Positions 17,885 to 28,395 of a DNA stretch of 64,000 nt are shown here, in pieces. Made by a program: the position numbers and the translations under genes. The DNA comes from Gemmatimonadales bacterium. GTDB lineage: Bacteria; Gemmatimonadota; Gemmatimonadetes; Gemmatimonadales; GWC2-71-9. The stretch is from positions 9,686 to 73,685 of the forward strand of contig DATHKX010000205.1 in NCBI GenBank assembly GCA_035488835.1. The letters are read 5' to 3'. Position 1 is the first letter of the stretch. Every line of letters begins with the position of its first letter. The notes under the pieces were generated by a model that did no database searches, was not told the DNA's origin, and saw only the letters and a program-made list of their open reading frames with translations.

Positions 17885-18870
17885 GCCGCCTGCTCCACGG
17901 CGCTCCCGGCGAGATAGGCCGAGAAGATCGCTTCGGCGTGCTGCATCGACTCGATCTGGAAGAGCCGCTCGCGCAAGCCGGCCGCGCCCGCCACCCCCTT
18001 CGTGTACCACCCGAAGTGCTTGCGAAACTCGAGCGCTGTCTTGCGCGTGTCGCCCTGCAGCCGGAGCGCGAGACGTGCATGCTCGAGCGCCACGGCGATC
18101 CGCTCCTCGGGGCTCGGGTCCGGCCGCGCCGGCCGGCCGGCGATCAGGTCCCGGGCCCGCGTGAAGATCCAGGGATTGCCGAACGAGCCGCGGGCGATCA
18201 TCACCCCGGCGCAGTTGGTGTGCGCCCGCATGGCGACGACGTCTTCCGCGGTCGTGACGTCCCCGTTCCCGATGACCGGAATGTCGAGCGCCTCGACCAC
18301 GCGGGCGATCTCGTCCCAGTTCGCGCTCCCGGAGAACATCTGGGTGCGCGTGCGGGCGTGCAGGGTGAGGCCCTGGGCACCGGCCTCGCGGCAGCGCTGC
18401 GCGATGGCCACGGGATCGCGTTGGGCGTCGTCCCAGCCGCTCCGGATCTTCACGGTGACGGGGAGATGCGTTGCACTTCGCACCGCCCGGATGATGCGCC
18501 CGACCAGATCGAGATCCTTCAGACAGCCCGATCCGCCGTTGTTCTTGACGACTTTCTTCACCGGGCAGCCGAAATTGATGTCGATGAAGTCGGGCCGGCA
18601 GGCTTCGGTGACCATCTCGGCGGCGCGCGCCATGACCGTGGCGTCTGCGCCATAGAGCTGAATCCCGATGGGGCGCTCCGCCTGCTCGAACCGCATGTCG
18701 GCGAACAGGTGCTCGAGGCCCCGGGCCACGCCGACCGCCGAGATGAATTCCGACACGACGACGTCCGCCCCGAACCGCCGGCACAAGAGCCGGAAGGGGG
18801 ACTCGGACACCCCCGACATGGGGGCGAGGAACAGGGGGAACTCGTGCCCCGTGTGGTACGGGAAGTGCAT
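17881..18870 (-). CDS. dus: tRNA-dihydrouridine synthase
   Basis: [61 protein letters not shown] start the gene at the internal ATG (18870) because the 12 upstream codons translate a palindromic non-coding-looking element. Confidence 0.85.
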   Translation of the reverse strand: MHFPYHTGHEFPLFLAPMSGVSESPFRLLCRRFGADVVVSEFISAVGVARGLEHLFADMRFEQAERPIGIQLYGADATVMARAAEMVTEACRPDFIDINFGCPVKKVVKNNGGSGCLKDLDLVGRIIRAVRSATHLPVTVKIRSGWDDAQRDPVAIAQRCREAGAQGLTLHARTRTQMFSGSANWDEIARVVEALDIPVIGNGDVTTAEDVVAMRAHTNCAGVMIARGSFGNPWIFTRARDLIAGRPARPDPSPEERIAVALEHARLALRLQGDTRKTALEFRKHFGWYTKGVAGAAGLRERLFQIESMQHAEAIFSAYLAGSAVEQAA

Positions 18871-18877
18871 GAGACAC

Positions 18878-18920
18878 AACGTAATGACGCGTTGCGCGAG
18901 GAGCAACCAGTCATTACGTT
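18878..18920. promoter_or_regulatory. Interrupted 16-bp palindrome in the dus/ptsN divergent region (candidate operator or RNA hairpin)
   Basis: AACGTAATGAC-GC-GTTGC-GCGAGGA-GCAAC-CA-GTCATTACGTT. The 11-bp outer arms and 5-bp inner arms are perfect. The element is AT-richer than its surroundings and lies ~30 nt upstream of the ptsN GTG. Confidence 0.35.
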
Positions 18921-18950
18921 TCGCCGCCGTTTCGACCGGAGCGACGCGAC

Positions 18951-19403
18951 GTGCGCTTACGTGAGTTCTTTGCGGAAGACGCGATCAACCTGCAGCTGCA
19001 AAGTGCCACTAAAGACGATGTCTTGAAGGAGCTCGTGGGCCTGCTCCGGCTGGACGACAAGTCCGAGCAGACCCTGGTGAAGATGTTGAAGCGCCGCGAG
19101 ACCCTCGGGTCGACCGGGATCGGCCAGAACATCGCGATTCCGCACTGTCGCGCGCTGGCCGTGAACCGGCTGCGCGTGGCGTTCGGCCGGAAGCTCGATG
19201 GCATCGACTTCAATGCGATCGACGGCAAGCCGGTGCACTACTTCTTTCTGATCGTGGCTCCGCCGCTGGAGGTTTCCAACCAGTACCTGCCCGTCCTGGG
19301 CAAGATCGCGCAGTTCGCGAAGGAGCTGGATGTGCCGGGGAAGCTGGCGGTGGTCGCTACTCCGAAGGAATTCCTGAAGCTATTGGAAGACAAGAATATC
19401 TAG
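18951..19403 (+). CDS. ptsN: PTS EIIA(Ntr)-type nitrogen regulatory protein
   Basis: PTS EIIA type-2 pattern: KDDVLKELV, RETLGSTGIGQNIAIPHCR (phosphorylatable His), VHYFFLIVAP. About 150 aa. Confidence 0.8.
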   Translation: MRLREFFAEDAINLQLQSATKDDVLKELVGLLRLDDKSEQTLVKMLKRRETLGSTGIGQNIAIPHCRALAVNRLRVAFGRKLDGIDFNAIDGKPVHYFFLIVAPPLEVSNQYLPVLGKIAQFAKELDVPGKLAVVATPKEFLKLLEDKNI

Positions 19404-19417
19404 GAGGCGGGTAACGG

Positions 19418-20971
19418 CTATTCCCACTCGATCGTAGCTGGCGGCTTGGAACTTACGTCGTAAACGACCCGATTCACGCCACGCACCTCGTTGATGATCC
19501 GGCTGCTGATCTTCCCGAGCACATCCGCCGGAAACGGAAACCAATCCGCCGTCATGCCGTCGCGACTCGTCACCGCCCGCAATGCGACCACATGATCGTA
19601 GGTGCGGAAGTCTCCCATCACCCCGACTGACTTGATCGGGAGCAGCACCGCGAACGCCTGCCAGATCTGGTCGTACAGCCCCGCGGCCCGAATCTCCTCG
19701 ATGTAGATGGCGTCCACGCGGCGCAGCAGATCGAGCCGTTCCGCGGTAACGGGCCCGAGCACACGGATCGCGAGGCCCGGGCCCGGGAACGGATGCCGGC
19801 CCACGATCTCCTCGGGCAGGCCGAGCTCCCGGCCGACCTGACGCACCTCGTCCTTGAAGAGCTCGCGCAGTGGCTCGATCAGCTTCCACGGGAGATTCGG
19901 TCGCAGGCCCCCCACGTTGTGATGTGTCTTGATCGTGACCGAGGGGCCGCCGAACGGCGACGCGGACTCGATCACGTCGGGATACAGCGTTCCCTGCACC
20001 AGGAATCCGACGTCTCCCGGGACGTGCTCCGCTGCCTGCTCGAACACATCGATGAACGTGTGGCCGATGCGGCGCCGCTTCTCTTCCGGGTCTTCGATCC
20101 CGGCCAGCCCTTGAAGGAAGAGTGGGCTCCCGTCTACTACTCGCAGGTCGATCCCAAGGTGGGCCCGGAACGTTCGCTCGACCTGTTCCCGCTCGCTCAG
20201 GCGAAGCAGGCCATGATCTACGAAAATGCACGTCAGCCGGTCGCCGATCGCGCGGTGCACCAGCGCGGCCGCCACCGCCGAATCCACGCCGCCCGACAGC
20301 CCGCAGATCGCTCGTTTCGAGGAACCGACGAGCCCTTGGATTCGCCCCACCTCCTGCTCGATGAAGTGACCCGGTGTCCAATCGGGCGTGCAGCCGGCGA
20401 TCTCGAACAGGAAGTTGTGCAGCATCTCCCCGCCGCGCGGCGTGTGGGCGACCTCGGGATGAAACAGCACGCCGAAGATCGGCCGGGACTCGTGCTGAAA
20501 CCCCGCGACCGGCGCGTTCGGGCTCGATGCCGTCACGCGGAAGTGGGGCGGCGGCTGATCGATCCGGTCGCCGTGGCTGGCCCACACGGTGACGCACCCT
20601 TGGGGCTCGAACCCCGCGAACAGGCCGGTCGCGTCCCGGACCGTGATCTCGGCCCGGCCGTACTCGCGCTGTGCCGACGGCGTGACCTTACCGCCCGCCA
20701 GGTGAGCCACGAGCTGCATGCCGTAGCAGATGGCGAGGATCGGGGTGCCGAGCTCGAGGAGCTTCGGGTCGGCCGTCGGTGCACCTGGGTCGAACACCGA
20801 GTTGGGGCCGCCGGAAAGAATGATGCCCTTCGGGGCGAACTGCGTGATGAAGCCCAGGTCGGTGCCGCGCGCGGCGGGATGGATCTCGCAGTAGACGTGC
20901 GCCTCGCGCACCCGGCGCGCGATGAGCTGGGTGAACTGCGAGCCGTAGTCCAGGATCAAAATGCGGTTCAC
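19418..20971 (-). CDS. guaA: GMP synthase (glutamine-hydrolysing)
   Basis: [39 protein letters not shown] (PP-loop), C-terminal ...PPATIEWE. Confidence 0.95.
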   Translation of the reverse strand: MNRILILDYGSQFTQLIARRVREAHVYCEIHPAARGTDLGFITQFAPKGIILSGGPNSVFDPGAPTADPKLLELGTPILAICYGMQLVAHLAGGKVTPSAQREYGRAEITVRDATGLFAGFEPQGCVTVWASHGDRIDQPPPHFRVTASSPNAPVAGFQHESRPIFGVLFHPEVAHTPRGGEMLHNFLFEIAGCTPDWTPGHFIEQEVGRIQGLVGSSKRAICGLSGGVDSAVAAALVHRAIGDRLTCIFVDHGLLRLSEREQVERTFRAHLGIDLRVVDGSPLFLQGLAGIEDPEEKRRRIGHTFIDVFEQAAEHVPGDVGFLVQGTLYPDVIESASPFGGPSVTIKTHHNVGGLRPNLPWKLIEPLRELFKDEVRQVGRELGLPEEIVGRHPFPGPGLAIRVLGPVTAERLDLLRRVDAIYIEEIRAAGLYDQIWQAFAVLLPIKSVGVMGDFRTYDHVVALRAVTSRDGMTADWFPFPADVLGKISSRIINEVRGVNRVVYDVSSKPPATIEWE

Positions 20972-22260
20972 GCGCGGTACCAGGTCGACGGCTCCAGCAC
21001 CTCGCCGCGCATCAGGTCCTCGAGCGGTTCGCGCTGGCGCGCGATATAGTAGCGGTCTCCGTCCACCAGCACCTCGGGCGGCCGGGGCCGCTGGTTGTAG
21101 GTCGAGCTCATCACGAAGCCGTACGCGCCCGTGCCGAGCACGGCCAGGTACTCGCCGGGCTCGACCGCGGGGAGCTTGCGGTCGAGCGCGAGGAAGTCCC
21201 CGGACTCACAGATCGGGCCCACGACGTTGACCAGCTCATCGGGCCGGCTGCCGTCCCTCAGCGGGACGATCTCGTGATGGGCGTTGTAGTGGCTGGGCCG
21301 CACGAAGTCCGTCATCCCGGCGTCCACCACGACGAAATCCTTGCCACCGGCATGTTTGCGGTACAGCACCTTGGTGACGAGGACACCCGCGTTCGCCACG
21401 AGGTAGCGCCCCGGCTCGCACAGCAGTGCGAGCCCGGCCTGGTTGATCGGCGGCGCCACCGCTGCGGCGAAGTCTCGCGGACTCGGCGCCTTTTCGTTGT
21501 GGTAGCGCACGCCCAGCCCGCCGCCCACATCGAGGGCTTCGATCGTGCCGATCCCCGAAGCGCGCAGCGCGGTCACCAGCTCGAGCAGCTTGACGGTGCC
21601 GCGGTGATACGGCTCGACGTCCGTGATCTGGGACCCGAGGTGCATCGCGAGCCCGCGCAGCGTGAACAGCGGCTCGGCCGCCACCCGCTGGGCCACGCTC
21701 ACGACCTCGTCGTACGGAACGCCGAACTTGGCGGTCTTTTCGCCGGTCTTCGTGTACGGATGCGTCTCGGTCGCGACGTCCGGATTGACGCGGATGCCGA
21801 GGCTCGCGCGCTTCCTGAGCTTTCGCGCGACCGCGATCACCGCCTCCAGCTCGGCGGAAGACTCGACGTTCAGGAATCCCACGCCGGCGCGGATCGCCTC
21901 TTCGAGCTCCGGGGCGGTCTTCCCTACGCCGGAGAACACGATAGCGCTCGCTTCAAAGCCGGCCGCGAGCGTGCGTCGCAGCTCCCCCACGGACACGATG
22001 TCGGCGCCCGCGCCGAGTGCCTTGAGGACCTTCAGGACCCCGATGTTGCCGTTGGCCTTCACCGAATAACAGATGCGGTGCGGCACGTCCTTCAGGGCGT
22101 CATGCAGCGCATGGTACTGGGCGCGGATCAGGTTGCCGCTGTAGACGTAGGTGGGGGTCCCGACCCGCTCCGCGATCGAGCGGAGCAGCGCGGGATCGAA
22201 CCCTAGTACGCCTGCGCCCACACCGCCTCCGCGACGCTGGGCTTCCCGCACCACATGCAC
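20968..22260 (-). CDS. lysA: Diaminopimelate decarboxylase
   Basis: [16 protein letters not shown] (PLP Lys), DVGGGLG, CESGD. The stop overlaps the guaA start by 4 nt. The true start is uncertain: an in-frame GTG at 22221 would reduce the overlap with proS. Confidence 0.9.
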   Translation of the reverse strand: MHVVREAQRRGGGVGAGVLGFDPALLRSIAERVGTPTYVYSGNLIRAQYHALHDALKDVPHRICYSVKANGNIGVLKVLKALGAGADIVSVGELRRTLAAGFEASAIVFSGVGKTAPELEEAIRAGVGFLNVESSAELEAVIAVARKLRKRASLGIRVNPDVATETHPYTKTGEKTAKFGVPYDEVVSVAQRVAAEPLFTLRGLAMHLGSQITDVEPYHRGTVKLLELVTALRASGIGTIEALDVGGGLGVRYHNEKAPSPRDFAAAVAPPINQAGLALLCEPGRYLVANAGVLVTKVLYRKHAGGKDFVVVDAGMTDFVRPSHYNAHHEIVPLRDGSRPDELVNVVGPICESGDFLALDRKLPAVEPGEYLAVLGTGAYGFVMSSTYNQRPRPPEVLVDGDRYYIARQREPLEDLMRGEVLEPSTWYRA

Positions 22261-23696
22261 GTCCTGGGCGCCTCAGCCGAGCGGAATTCCGGGTCGGGCA
22301 GCACCCGGACGGTCGCGCCGGTCTGCTGCTTGATCTCGGCTTCGCACGCGGGGGATCCGCAGAACCCACCATACGCGAACCCGCCGACGCCCTTCATGAA
22401 CTCGAGGAACTGCTGCTTGGTGACGCCGCGGATGGAATGGGCCTCGCGTCGATCCGTGGCTGCCTGAAACAGCGCGGCCTGAACCTCGTCGAGGGTCTTC
22501 CGGACTACTCCGCCCAGCCCGTCCAGCCTCGCGGGCGCCTTGCCGCCGGTGCGGCGGGCAGTCATCACCTGGCCGGCCGCCACGTCGCGTGGGCCGATCT
22601 CGAGCCGCAGCGGCACGCCCTTCGCCTCCCACTCGAAATACTTCGCGCCGGGCTTGAGGCTGTCGCGGGCATCGAGCTCCACGCGCACACCAGCTTTTGT
22701 GAGCTCGTCTTTAACCTGACCCCCAACCCCGAGTACCTGGCCCCTCTCTTCTTCCGACTTCCAGATGGGAACGATGACCACCTGCACCGGCGCGAGCTTG
22801 GGCGGGCAGACCAGCCCGTTGTCGTCCGAGTGCGTCATTACCAGCCCGCCGATCATGCGTGTGGTGACGCCCCACGAGGTGTTCCACACGTATTCGAGCC
22901 CGCCCGCCGCGGTCTGGTACTGCACGTTGAACGCCTTCGCGAAGTTCTGGCCGAGGTTATGCGACGTGCCGGCCTGCAGCGCTTTGTTGTCCTGCATGAG
23001 CGCTTCGAGGGCGTAGGTGCGCAGCGCGCCCGCGAATTTCTCGCTGTCGGTCTTCCGGCCTGTGATCACCGGCATGGCCATCCAGTCTTCCTGGAACTTG
23101 CGGTACACACCAAGCATCTGCCGCGCTTCGGCATCCGCTTCCGCCTCGGTGGCGTGCGCCGTATGCCCCTCCTGCCACAGGAATTCCGTGGTACGGAGGA
23201 ACAGCCGGGTCCGGAGCTCCCAGCGCACGATGTTGCACCACTGGTTCATCAAGAGGGGCAAGTCACGGTAGCTGTGGATCCACTTCGCGAACATCGCGTA
23301 GATGATGGTCTCGGACGTAGGCCGCACGACGAGCGGCTCCTCGAGCGCCGACTCGGGATCGGGCATCAGCGCCTGCGCGCCCGCCTTGCCGGTGGCCTTC
23401 AGCCGGGTGTGCGTCACCAGCGCGACTTCCTTGGCGAAGCCCTCTACATGCTCGGCTTCCTTGGCGAGAAAGCTCATCGGGATGAACAGCGGGAAGTAGG
23501 CATTCTGGTGGCCCGTGGCCTTGAACATGTCGTCCAGGGCGTGCTGCATCAGCTCCCAGATGCGATAGCCGTGGGGTCGGATGACCATGCAGCCGCGCAC
23601 CGGCGAGTGGTCTGCCAGCTCGGCCTGCATGACGACGTCGTTGTACCACTCGCTGAAGTCCTTGGCGCGTGGCGTGATCTTCTGCGCTTGGGCCAT
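22203..23696 (-). CDS. proS: Prolyl-tRNA synthetase, archaeal/eukaryote-like type
   Basis: MAQAQKITPRAKDFSEWYNDVV..., class II motifs (FRDE-like WELRTRLFLRTTEFLWQEGHT), C-terminal Zn-like CxxC...WAQAY. ATG at 23696 overlaps the hisS TAA by 1 nt (TAATG). The longer listed ORF (to 24110) would overlap hisS. Confidence 0.92.
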   Translation of the reverse strand: MAQAQKITPRAKDFSEWYNDVVMQAELADHSPVRGCMVIRPHGYRIWELMQHALDDMFKATGHQNAYFPLFIPMSFLAKEAEHVEGFAKEVALVTHTRLKATGKAGAQALMPDPESALEEPLVVRPTSETIIYAMFAKWIHSYRDLPLLMNQWCNIVRWELRTRLFLRTTEFLWQEGHTAHATEAEADAEARQMLGVYRKFQEDWMAMPVITGRKTDSEKFAGALRTYALEALMQDNKALQAGTSHNLGQNFAKAFNVQYQTAAGGLEYVWNTSWGVTTRMIGGLVMTHSDDNGLVCPPKLAPVQVVIVPIWKSEEERGQVLGVGGQVKDELTKAGVRVELDARDSLKPGAKYFEWEAKGVPLRLEIGPRDVAAGQVMTARRTGGKAPARLDGLGGVVRKTLDEVQAALFQAATDRREAHSIRGVTKQQFLEFMKGVGGFAYGGFCGSPACEAEIKQQTGATVRVLPDPEFRSAEAPRTCMWCGKPSVAEAVWAQAY

Positions 23697-24982
23697 TAGT
23701 GGAACGATCCTTGAACGAGCTTCGCGATGGGCACCCGCTCTTCGGTGCCGGCCTTCAAGTCCCGCACGACCACCTCGTCGGCCGCCCGCTCGTCGGGCCC
23801 GACGATAATGGCCCGCGGCGCTCCCCGCGCCGCGGCAAGCTCGAGCTGTTTGCGGATGGCGGCAGGCCGGAGGCCGTACTCCACCGCGACGCCCAGATCG
23901 CGCAGCTGGTGCGCGAGCTTCAGCACCGGCGCCACGTCTTCGCCGCTCACCGCTATCAAAAAGGCGTCGAGCTTCGTCGACGCCTGGTCGGCCGGAAGGC
24001 GCTCCTTCAAAAGCTCTCCGAGGACGACGTCTCCCATGCCGAACCCGAGGGCGGGGAGATCGGTGCCGCCGAGCGCCTTCAGCAGCCCGTCGTAGCGGCC
24101 GCCGCCGCACACGGCCCGCAGCGACTTACCGGTGTCGAACAGCTCGAAGACGATTCCGGTGTAGTAAGCGAGCCCACGGACGATCGTGAGATCGACCGCG
24201 ACGAAGTCCCCCAGTCCCATGGCCTCCAGGGCCCCGACGGCCTGGCTCAGCGGCTCACCCGCCTCCGCCCCGCCCTGCACCTTGCCAAGCGCGGTCAGGA
24301 CGGCGTCGAGCCCGCGCAGCGCCGCGATCTCGAACACCGCGTCCGTTTCCCGTTTCCCGACGCCCGACTCCCGCAGCTTGGCCGCAAGGACGTCCTTCGG
24401 GTCACGCTCACTCTTATCGATCGCGGCGAAGGCCGGGCCGAGCTGCCCCTCGCTCACCCCGCGCCCCAGCAGCAGGGTGCGCAGCACGCGCCGATCGGAC
24501 ATCCGGACCTGCACGTCGTGCGGCCCCAGCCCGAGGGCGCGCATGATGTCGATCGCGGCCGCGATGAGCTCCGCGTCGGCCAGCGGGCTCGCTTCCCCGA
24601 GGATGTCCATATTGAGCTGAAAGTGCTCGCGCAGCCGTCCCCGCTGCTGCCGCTCGTAGCGGAACAGCTGCGGGATGGAGAACCAGCGGATCGGTTTCTT
24701 GAGCGCCTGGGCGTGCGCCCCCACCATGCGGGCGAGGGTGGGAGTCATCTCGGGGCGCAACGCGACCTTGCGCCCGCCCTTGTCCTCGAACGCGTACAGC
24801 TGCTGCACGATCTCCTCACCGCTCTTGTCGGTGTACAGCTCCAGTGGCTCGAGCGGGGGGCCATCGTACTCCTGAAAGCCGTAGCGCCGCGCGACCTCGC
24901 GCCAGGTGGCGAAGATGTGGTTGCGGAGAGCCAGTTCGTCGGGGTAAAAGTCACGGAAGCCTGGTAGGGCTTGTCCTTGCAT
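23696..24982 (-). CDS. hisS: Histidyl-tRNA synthetase
   Basis: GFRDFYPDE, RYERPQ-like FRYERQQRGRLREHFQ, GGGRYDGL, C-terminal anticodon-binding domain. Confidence 0.93.
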   Translation of the reverse strand: MQGQALPGFRDFYPDELALRNHIFATWREVARRYGFQEYDGPPLEPLELYTDKSGEEIVQQLYAFEDKGGRKVALRPEMTPTLARMVGAHAQALKKPIRWFSIPQLFRYERQQRGRLREHFQLNMDILGEASPLADAELIAAAIDIMRALGLGPHDVQVRMSDRRVLRTLLLGRGVSEGQLGPAFAAIDKSERDPKDVLAAKLRESGVGKRETDAVFEIAALRGLDAVLTALGKVQGGAEAGEPLSQAVGALEAMGLGDFVAVDLTIVRGLAYYTGIVFELFDTGKSLRAVCGGGRYDGLLKALGGTDLPALGFGMGDVVLGELLKERLPADQASTKLDAFLIAVSGEDVAPVLKLAHQLRDLGVAVEYGLRPAAIRKQLELAAARGAPRAIIVGPDERAADEVVVRDLKAGTEERVPIAKLVQGSFH

Positions 24983-24991
24983 CGCAACAAT

Positions 24992-26203
24992 TTAGCCGAC
25001 TGGCGCGAACCCGGGCAAGCGGGCGAGCGCGTCGCCGACGGTGTGAAACGATCCGGTGACGATCACCGTCGCGGCGTCATCCTGCACCCGTTCCAACGCG
25101 CGCTCGAACTCCGGCTCGAACGCGTGCGCCACGGTGAGACGCCCGAGCTCCCGCTCCAATCGGCCGAGGTCCCAGCGCCGCCGTTCGGGAGCAGTGTCCG
25201 GCAGCGTGAACACGAAGCTGTCGACTTCCGGCGCGAGGCAGTCGATCATCCCGAGGTAGTCCTTGTCGCCCAGCACGCCCACCAGGGCGCGCCGCGGGTG
25301 CGGCGGATCGTGCTCCCGCAGCGTATCGGCGAGGACGCGGGCGCCGTCGGGGTTGTGCGCCACATCGAAAATCCACCGGCCGCGCACGTCGAATCGCCCG
25401 GGTATGTAGGCGTGCTCGAAGCTGTCCGGCCATTCGTCGCCGACGGGTCCGAAGGGGGGCCGCAGGGCGTTCAGCGCCGCCAGCGCGACCCAGGCGTTGG
25501 CGCGCTGGTGCCGCCCCTTCAAGCCCAGCGGTCCCGTGGGCGCGCGCCGTGGGTCCGCGAGAATCACCGGGTGGGCGCCGCGTCGCTCCGCCTCCGCCAC
25601 GAGCTCCCGGCGAACGGCGGGATCTGGCTCACCGGTCACGAACGGCACGCTGCGCTTCGCGATCCCAGCTTTCTCCCGGGCAATGGAGGCGAGGTCGGTG
25701 CCCAGGTAGTCGGTGTGCTCGCGGGCGATCTTGGTGACGACCGACACGAGCGGCGTGATGACGTTGGTCGAGTCGAGCCGCCCCCCCAATCCGACTTCGA
25801 TCACGGCCACATCCACGCCCCGCGCCGCGAGGTCGGCGAAGGCGATGGCGGTCGTGGCCTCGAAGAAGCTCGCGTCGAGCCGCTCGATGTCGGGTCGCAG
25901 GAACGTAGTCCACTCGGCGAACGCCTCCTCGCCGATGGGCACGCCGTCCACCTCCACGCGCTCCCGCACCGACACGAGATGTGGCGAGGTGTAGACTCCC
26001 ACCTTGAGGCCCCGGGCGCGCAGCTCGGTCGCTGTGAACGCGCAGGTCGAGCCCTTGCCGTTCGTGCCCGCGACATGGATCGCAGGAAAGTGCCGCTCCG
26101 GATGGCCCAGCACGTCCAAGAGCCCCTCGGTCGGCCCGAGGCTCCACTTTATACGGCTCCCTTGTCGCGCGAACAGAAAGCGGCAGGCGTCCTCGAAGGA
26201 CAA
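24992..26203 (-). CDS. folC: Folylpolyglutamate synthase / dihydrofolate synthase
   Basis: HVAGTNGKGST (Mur-ligase P-loop), YTSPHL, EVGLGGRLDSTNV. Confidence 0.85.
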   Translation of the reverse strand: MSFEDACRFLFARQGSRIKWSLGPTEGLLDVLGHPERHFPAIHVAGTNGKGSTCAFTATELRARGLKVGVYTSPHLVSVRERVEVDGVPIGEEAFAEWTTFLRPDIERLDASFFEATTAIAFADLAARGVDVAVIEVGLGGRLDSTNVITPLVSVVTKIAREHTDYLGTDLASIAREKAGIAKRSVPFVTGEPDPAVRRELVAEAERRGAHPVILADPRRAPTGPLGLKGRHQRANAWVALAALNALRPPFGPVGDEWPDSFEHAYIPGRFDVRGRWIFDVAHNPDGARVLADTLREHDPPHPRRALVGVLGDKDYLGMIDCLAPEVDSFVFTLPDTAPERRRWDLGRLERELGRLTVAHAFEPEFERALERVQDDAATVIVTGSFHTVGDALARLPGFAPVG

Positions 26204-26208
26204 CCGGG

Positions 26209-27075
26209 TCAGTCGGCAGCCTCCGCCGGTTGCCGGCCGGCCATGTGACGGAGCAGCTGGGCCGTGGTGTCCCGCAGCTCGCTGCGCGGCACCACCGCGT
26301 CGATCATGCCGTGCTCGAGCAGGAACTCGGCCGTCTGAAAGCCGGGCGGCAGATCCTGGCCGATCGTCTGCTTAATTACCCGCGGCCCGGCGAACCCGAC
26401 CACCGCCCCCGGCTCCGCCAGGATCACGTCCCCCTGCATGGCGTACGAGGCGGACACGCCCCCCGTGGTGGGGTTCGTGAGGATCGAGATGAACGGCACC
26501 CGGGCCGCCCGCAGCCGCGCGATCTCGACCGAGCTCTTGGCCATTTGCATCAGGGACAGCACCCCCTCCTGCATCCTCGCCCCGCCCGACGCCGACACGA
26601 TGACGAGCGGGACGTGCCGCTCGACCGACCGACGGGTCAGCCGGGCGATCTTCTCGCCCACGACCGACCCCATCGAGCCTCCCATGAAGTTGAAGTCCAT
26701 CACCGCGACATCGAGCGGCATGCCGTCCAATCGGCCATAGCCGGTGCGCACGGCTTCGAGGGGGCCCGCCTTCTGGATCGCCGTTTCGAGGCGCTGCGGG
26801 TAGTTCTCAAAGTGGAGGGGGTCGGTGGATCGGAGTCTTGCGTCGAGCTCGTGCCAGGAACCTTCGTCTACGAGGAGATCGATGTACTCCTGGGCCGAAA
26901 TGCGGCGATGGTGCCCGCAATTGGGGCACACGTTCAGCCCGCGGACGAACCGGTCCTTGATGTCGATATGCCCGCACTCGTCGCATTTCTCCCAGGCGTC
27001 GGCTGGAATCTCCAGCTTTACCCGTTCGGACGTGCGGGGCTTACGCTCTTTTTTGAACCAGGCCATTCGCGCCAC
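26209..27075 (-). CDS. accD: Acetyl-CoA carboxylase carboxyltransferase beta subunit
   Basis: MAWFKK..., Zn-ribbon CDECGH...CPNCGHH, GGSMGSVVGEK, SGGARMQEG. Confidence 0.92.
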   Translation of the reverse strand: MARMAWFKKERKPRTSERVKLEIPADAWEKCDECGHIDIKDRFVRGLNVCPNCGHHRRISAQEYIDLLVDEGSWHELDARLRSTDPLHFENYPQRLETAIQKAGPLEAVRTGYGRLDGMPLDVAVMDFNFMGGSMGSVVGEKIARLTRRSVERHVPLVIVSASGGARMQEGVLSLMQMAKSSVEIARLRAARVPFISILTNPTTGGVSASYAMQGDVILAEPGAVVGFAGPRVIKQTIGQDLPPGFQTAEFLLEHGMIDAVVPRSELRDTTAQLLRHMAGRQPAEAAD

Positions 27076-27147
27076 AGTGGGGAACTTGAAGGCGACAATT
27101 TGGGAGGGGCCTTCTCGCGGCGCCAGTCCCGACCGCGTAACTCGTTG

Positions 27148-28395
27148 TCAGAGCTCGGCGTAGCCCGATTGGCGGGACTCCCACGCAACCCGGAGCGAGA
27201 TCCCCACGGCGATGGAGCACGCGAGCAGGAACGAGCCGCCGTAGGAAAAGAACGGCAACGGGATTCCGGTGATGGGCAGCAGATTCACCGTCATCCCGAC
27301 GTTCTCGATGATGTGCGTGAACAGCAGCCCGGCGACCCCGAACACGCACAGGCTGGAGTAGGGATCCGTGGCGCGTCGCGCGATGCGGAGCAGGATGAGG
27401 ATCAGGGCGACGAGCAGCGCCAGCGCGACCAGCACGCCGACGAACCCCAGCTCCTCCCCCACCACCGAAAAGATGAAGTCGGTGAACTGGGCGGGCAGGA
27501 ACGCGAGCCGCTTCTGCGGGCCCTGCGTGAACCCCTGGCCGAGGAATCCGCCCGACCCGATGGCGATCTTGGACTGGATGACGTGCCAGCCTGTGGCCCG
27601 GGGATCCTGCTGCGGGTTCAGGAACGCGAGCAGACGGTTCTGCTGATAGGGCGCCAGGCGCTGCCAGAACGGGACCGCGACGACGCCCATGACCAGGTTC
27701 GCCAGCATGACGGCCAGGCCTTCCCACACGTACGGCCGCCACCACAGGAGCAACGCCAACAGGACGATGATCCAGGCGCCCCACGCGACGGTCGAGAAGG
27801 CGAGAGCCAGGCCGATGACCGGAGAGCCAAGCAGCACCAGCAGCGACGGCTTCGTGCCCGCCCAGTACAGCATCGCGAACAGGATCGTGATGAACACCAT
27901 CGCGCTCCCGAGGTCTGGCTGCTTGATGACCAGCAGCGTCGGGAGGCCGGCGATGACGCAGGGCCACAGCAGGTCGCGCAGCGTGGCCGGGGCCTCCCGC
28001 CGCTCGGCGAGCCAGCGCGCCAGCATCAGGATGACCGCCAGTTTGGCGAGCTCCGCCGGCTGGCCCAGCCGCAAGCCCCCGATCGTGATCCAGGACCGCT
28101 CGCTCGCCGCCGTGCCGGCGCCGGTGCCCATGAAAAGCGTGAACAGGAGGACCAACACGCTGATGCCAAAGGCGTACGGCGTCGCCCACTCGAGCAACCG
28201 GGGCGACGTCCGGAACATCAGCACGGCTGCCACCAGCCCCACGCCGAGCCAGATCAGCTGTTTGTGCCAGATCGTGGCGACGAACGTGGGCACGTCCGTC
28301 TGCCCCGCGGAGTAGAGCGTCGCGAGCCCGTACGCCGCGAGGGCGAGCACGACCGCGGCGAGCGGTCTATCGATCTCGCGGAGCGGCGGCCGCAT
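27148..28395 (-). CDS. rodA: Rod shape-determining SEDS protein RodA
   Basis: FtsW/RodA/SpoVE polytopic pattern (QPAELAKL, TDFIFSVVGEELGF, GIPLPFFSYGGS). ATG at 28395 chosen within ORF 27148..28473. Follows mrdA. Confidence 0.88.
   Translation of the reverse strand: MRPPLREIDRPLAAVVLALAAYGLATLYSAGQTDVPTFVATIWHKQLIWLGVGLVAAVLMFRTSPRLLEWATPYAFGISVLVLLFTLFMGTGAGTAASERSWITIGGLRLGQPAELAKLAVILMLARWLAERREAPATLRDLLWPCVIAGLPTLLVIKQPDLGSAMVFITILFAMLYWAGTKPSLLVLLGSPVIGLALAFSTVAWGAWIIVLLALLLWWRPYVWEGLAVMLANLVMGVVAVPFWQRLAPYQQNRLLAFLNPQQDPRATGWHVIQSKIAIGSGGFLGQGFTQGPQKRLAFLPAQFTDFIFSVVGEELGFVGVLVALALLVALILILLRIARRATDPYSSLCVFGVAGLLFTHIIENVGMTVNLLPITGIPLPFFSYGGSFLLACSIAVGISLRVAWESRQSGYAEL

Noticed and set aside
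23697-24110. N-terminal extension of the proS ORF; similar extensions of dut (55138-55779), pfp (56442-56693), ald (57565-57669), larB (17885-18877) and mrdA (30317-30481)
   Set aside because: Each extension overlaps the well-supported upstream gene and is low-complexity. Conserved protein N-termini begin at internal ATG/GTG codons that form stop-start overlaps.
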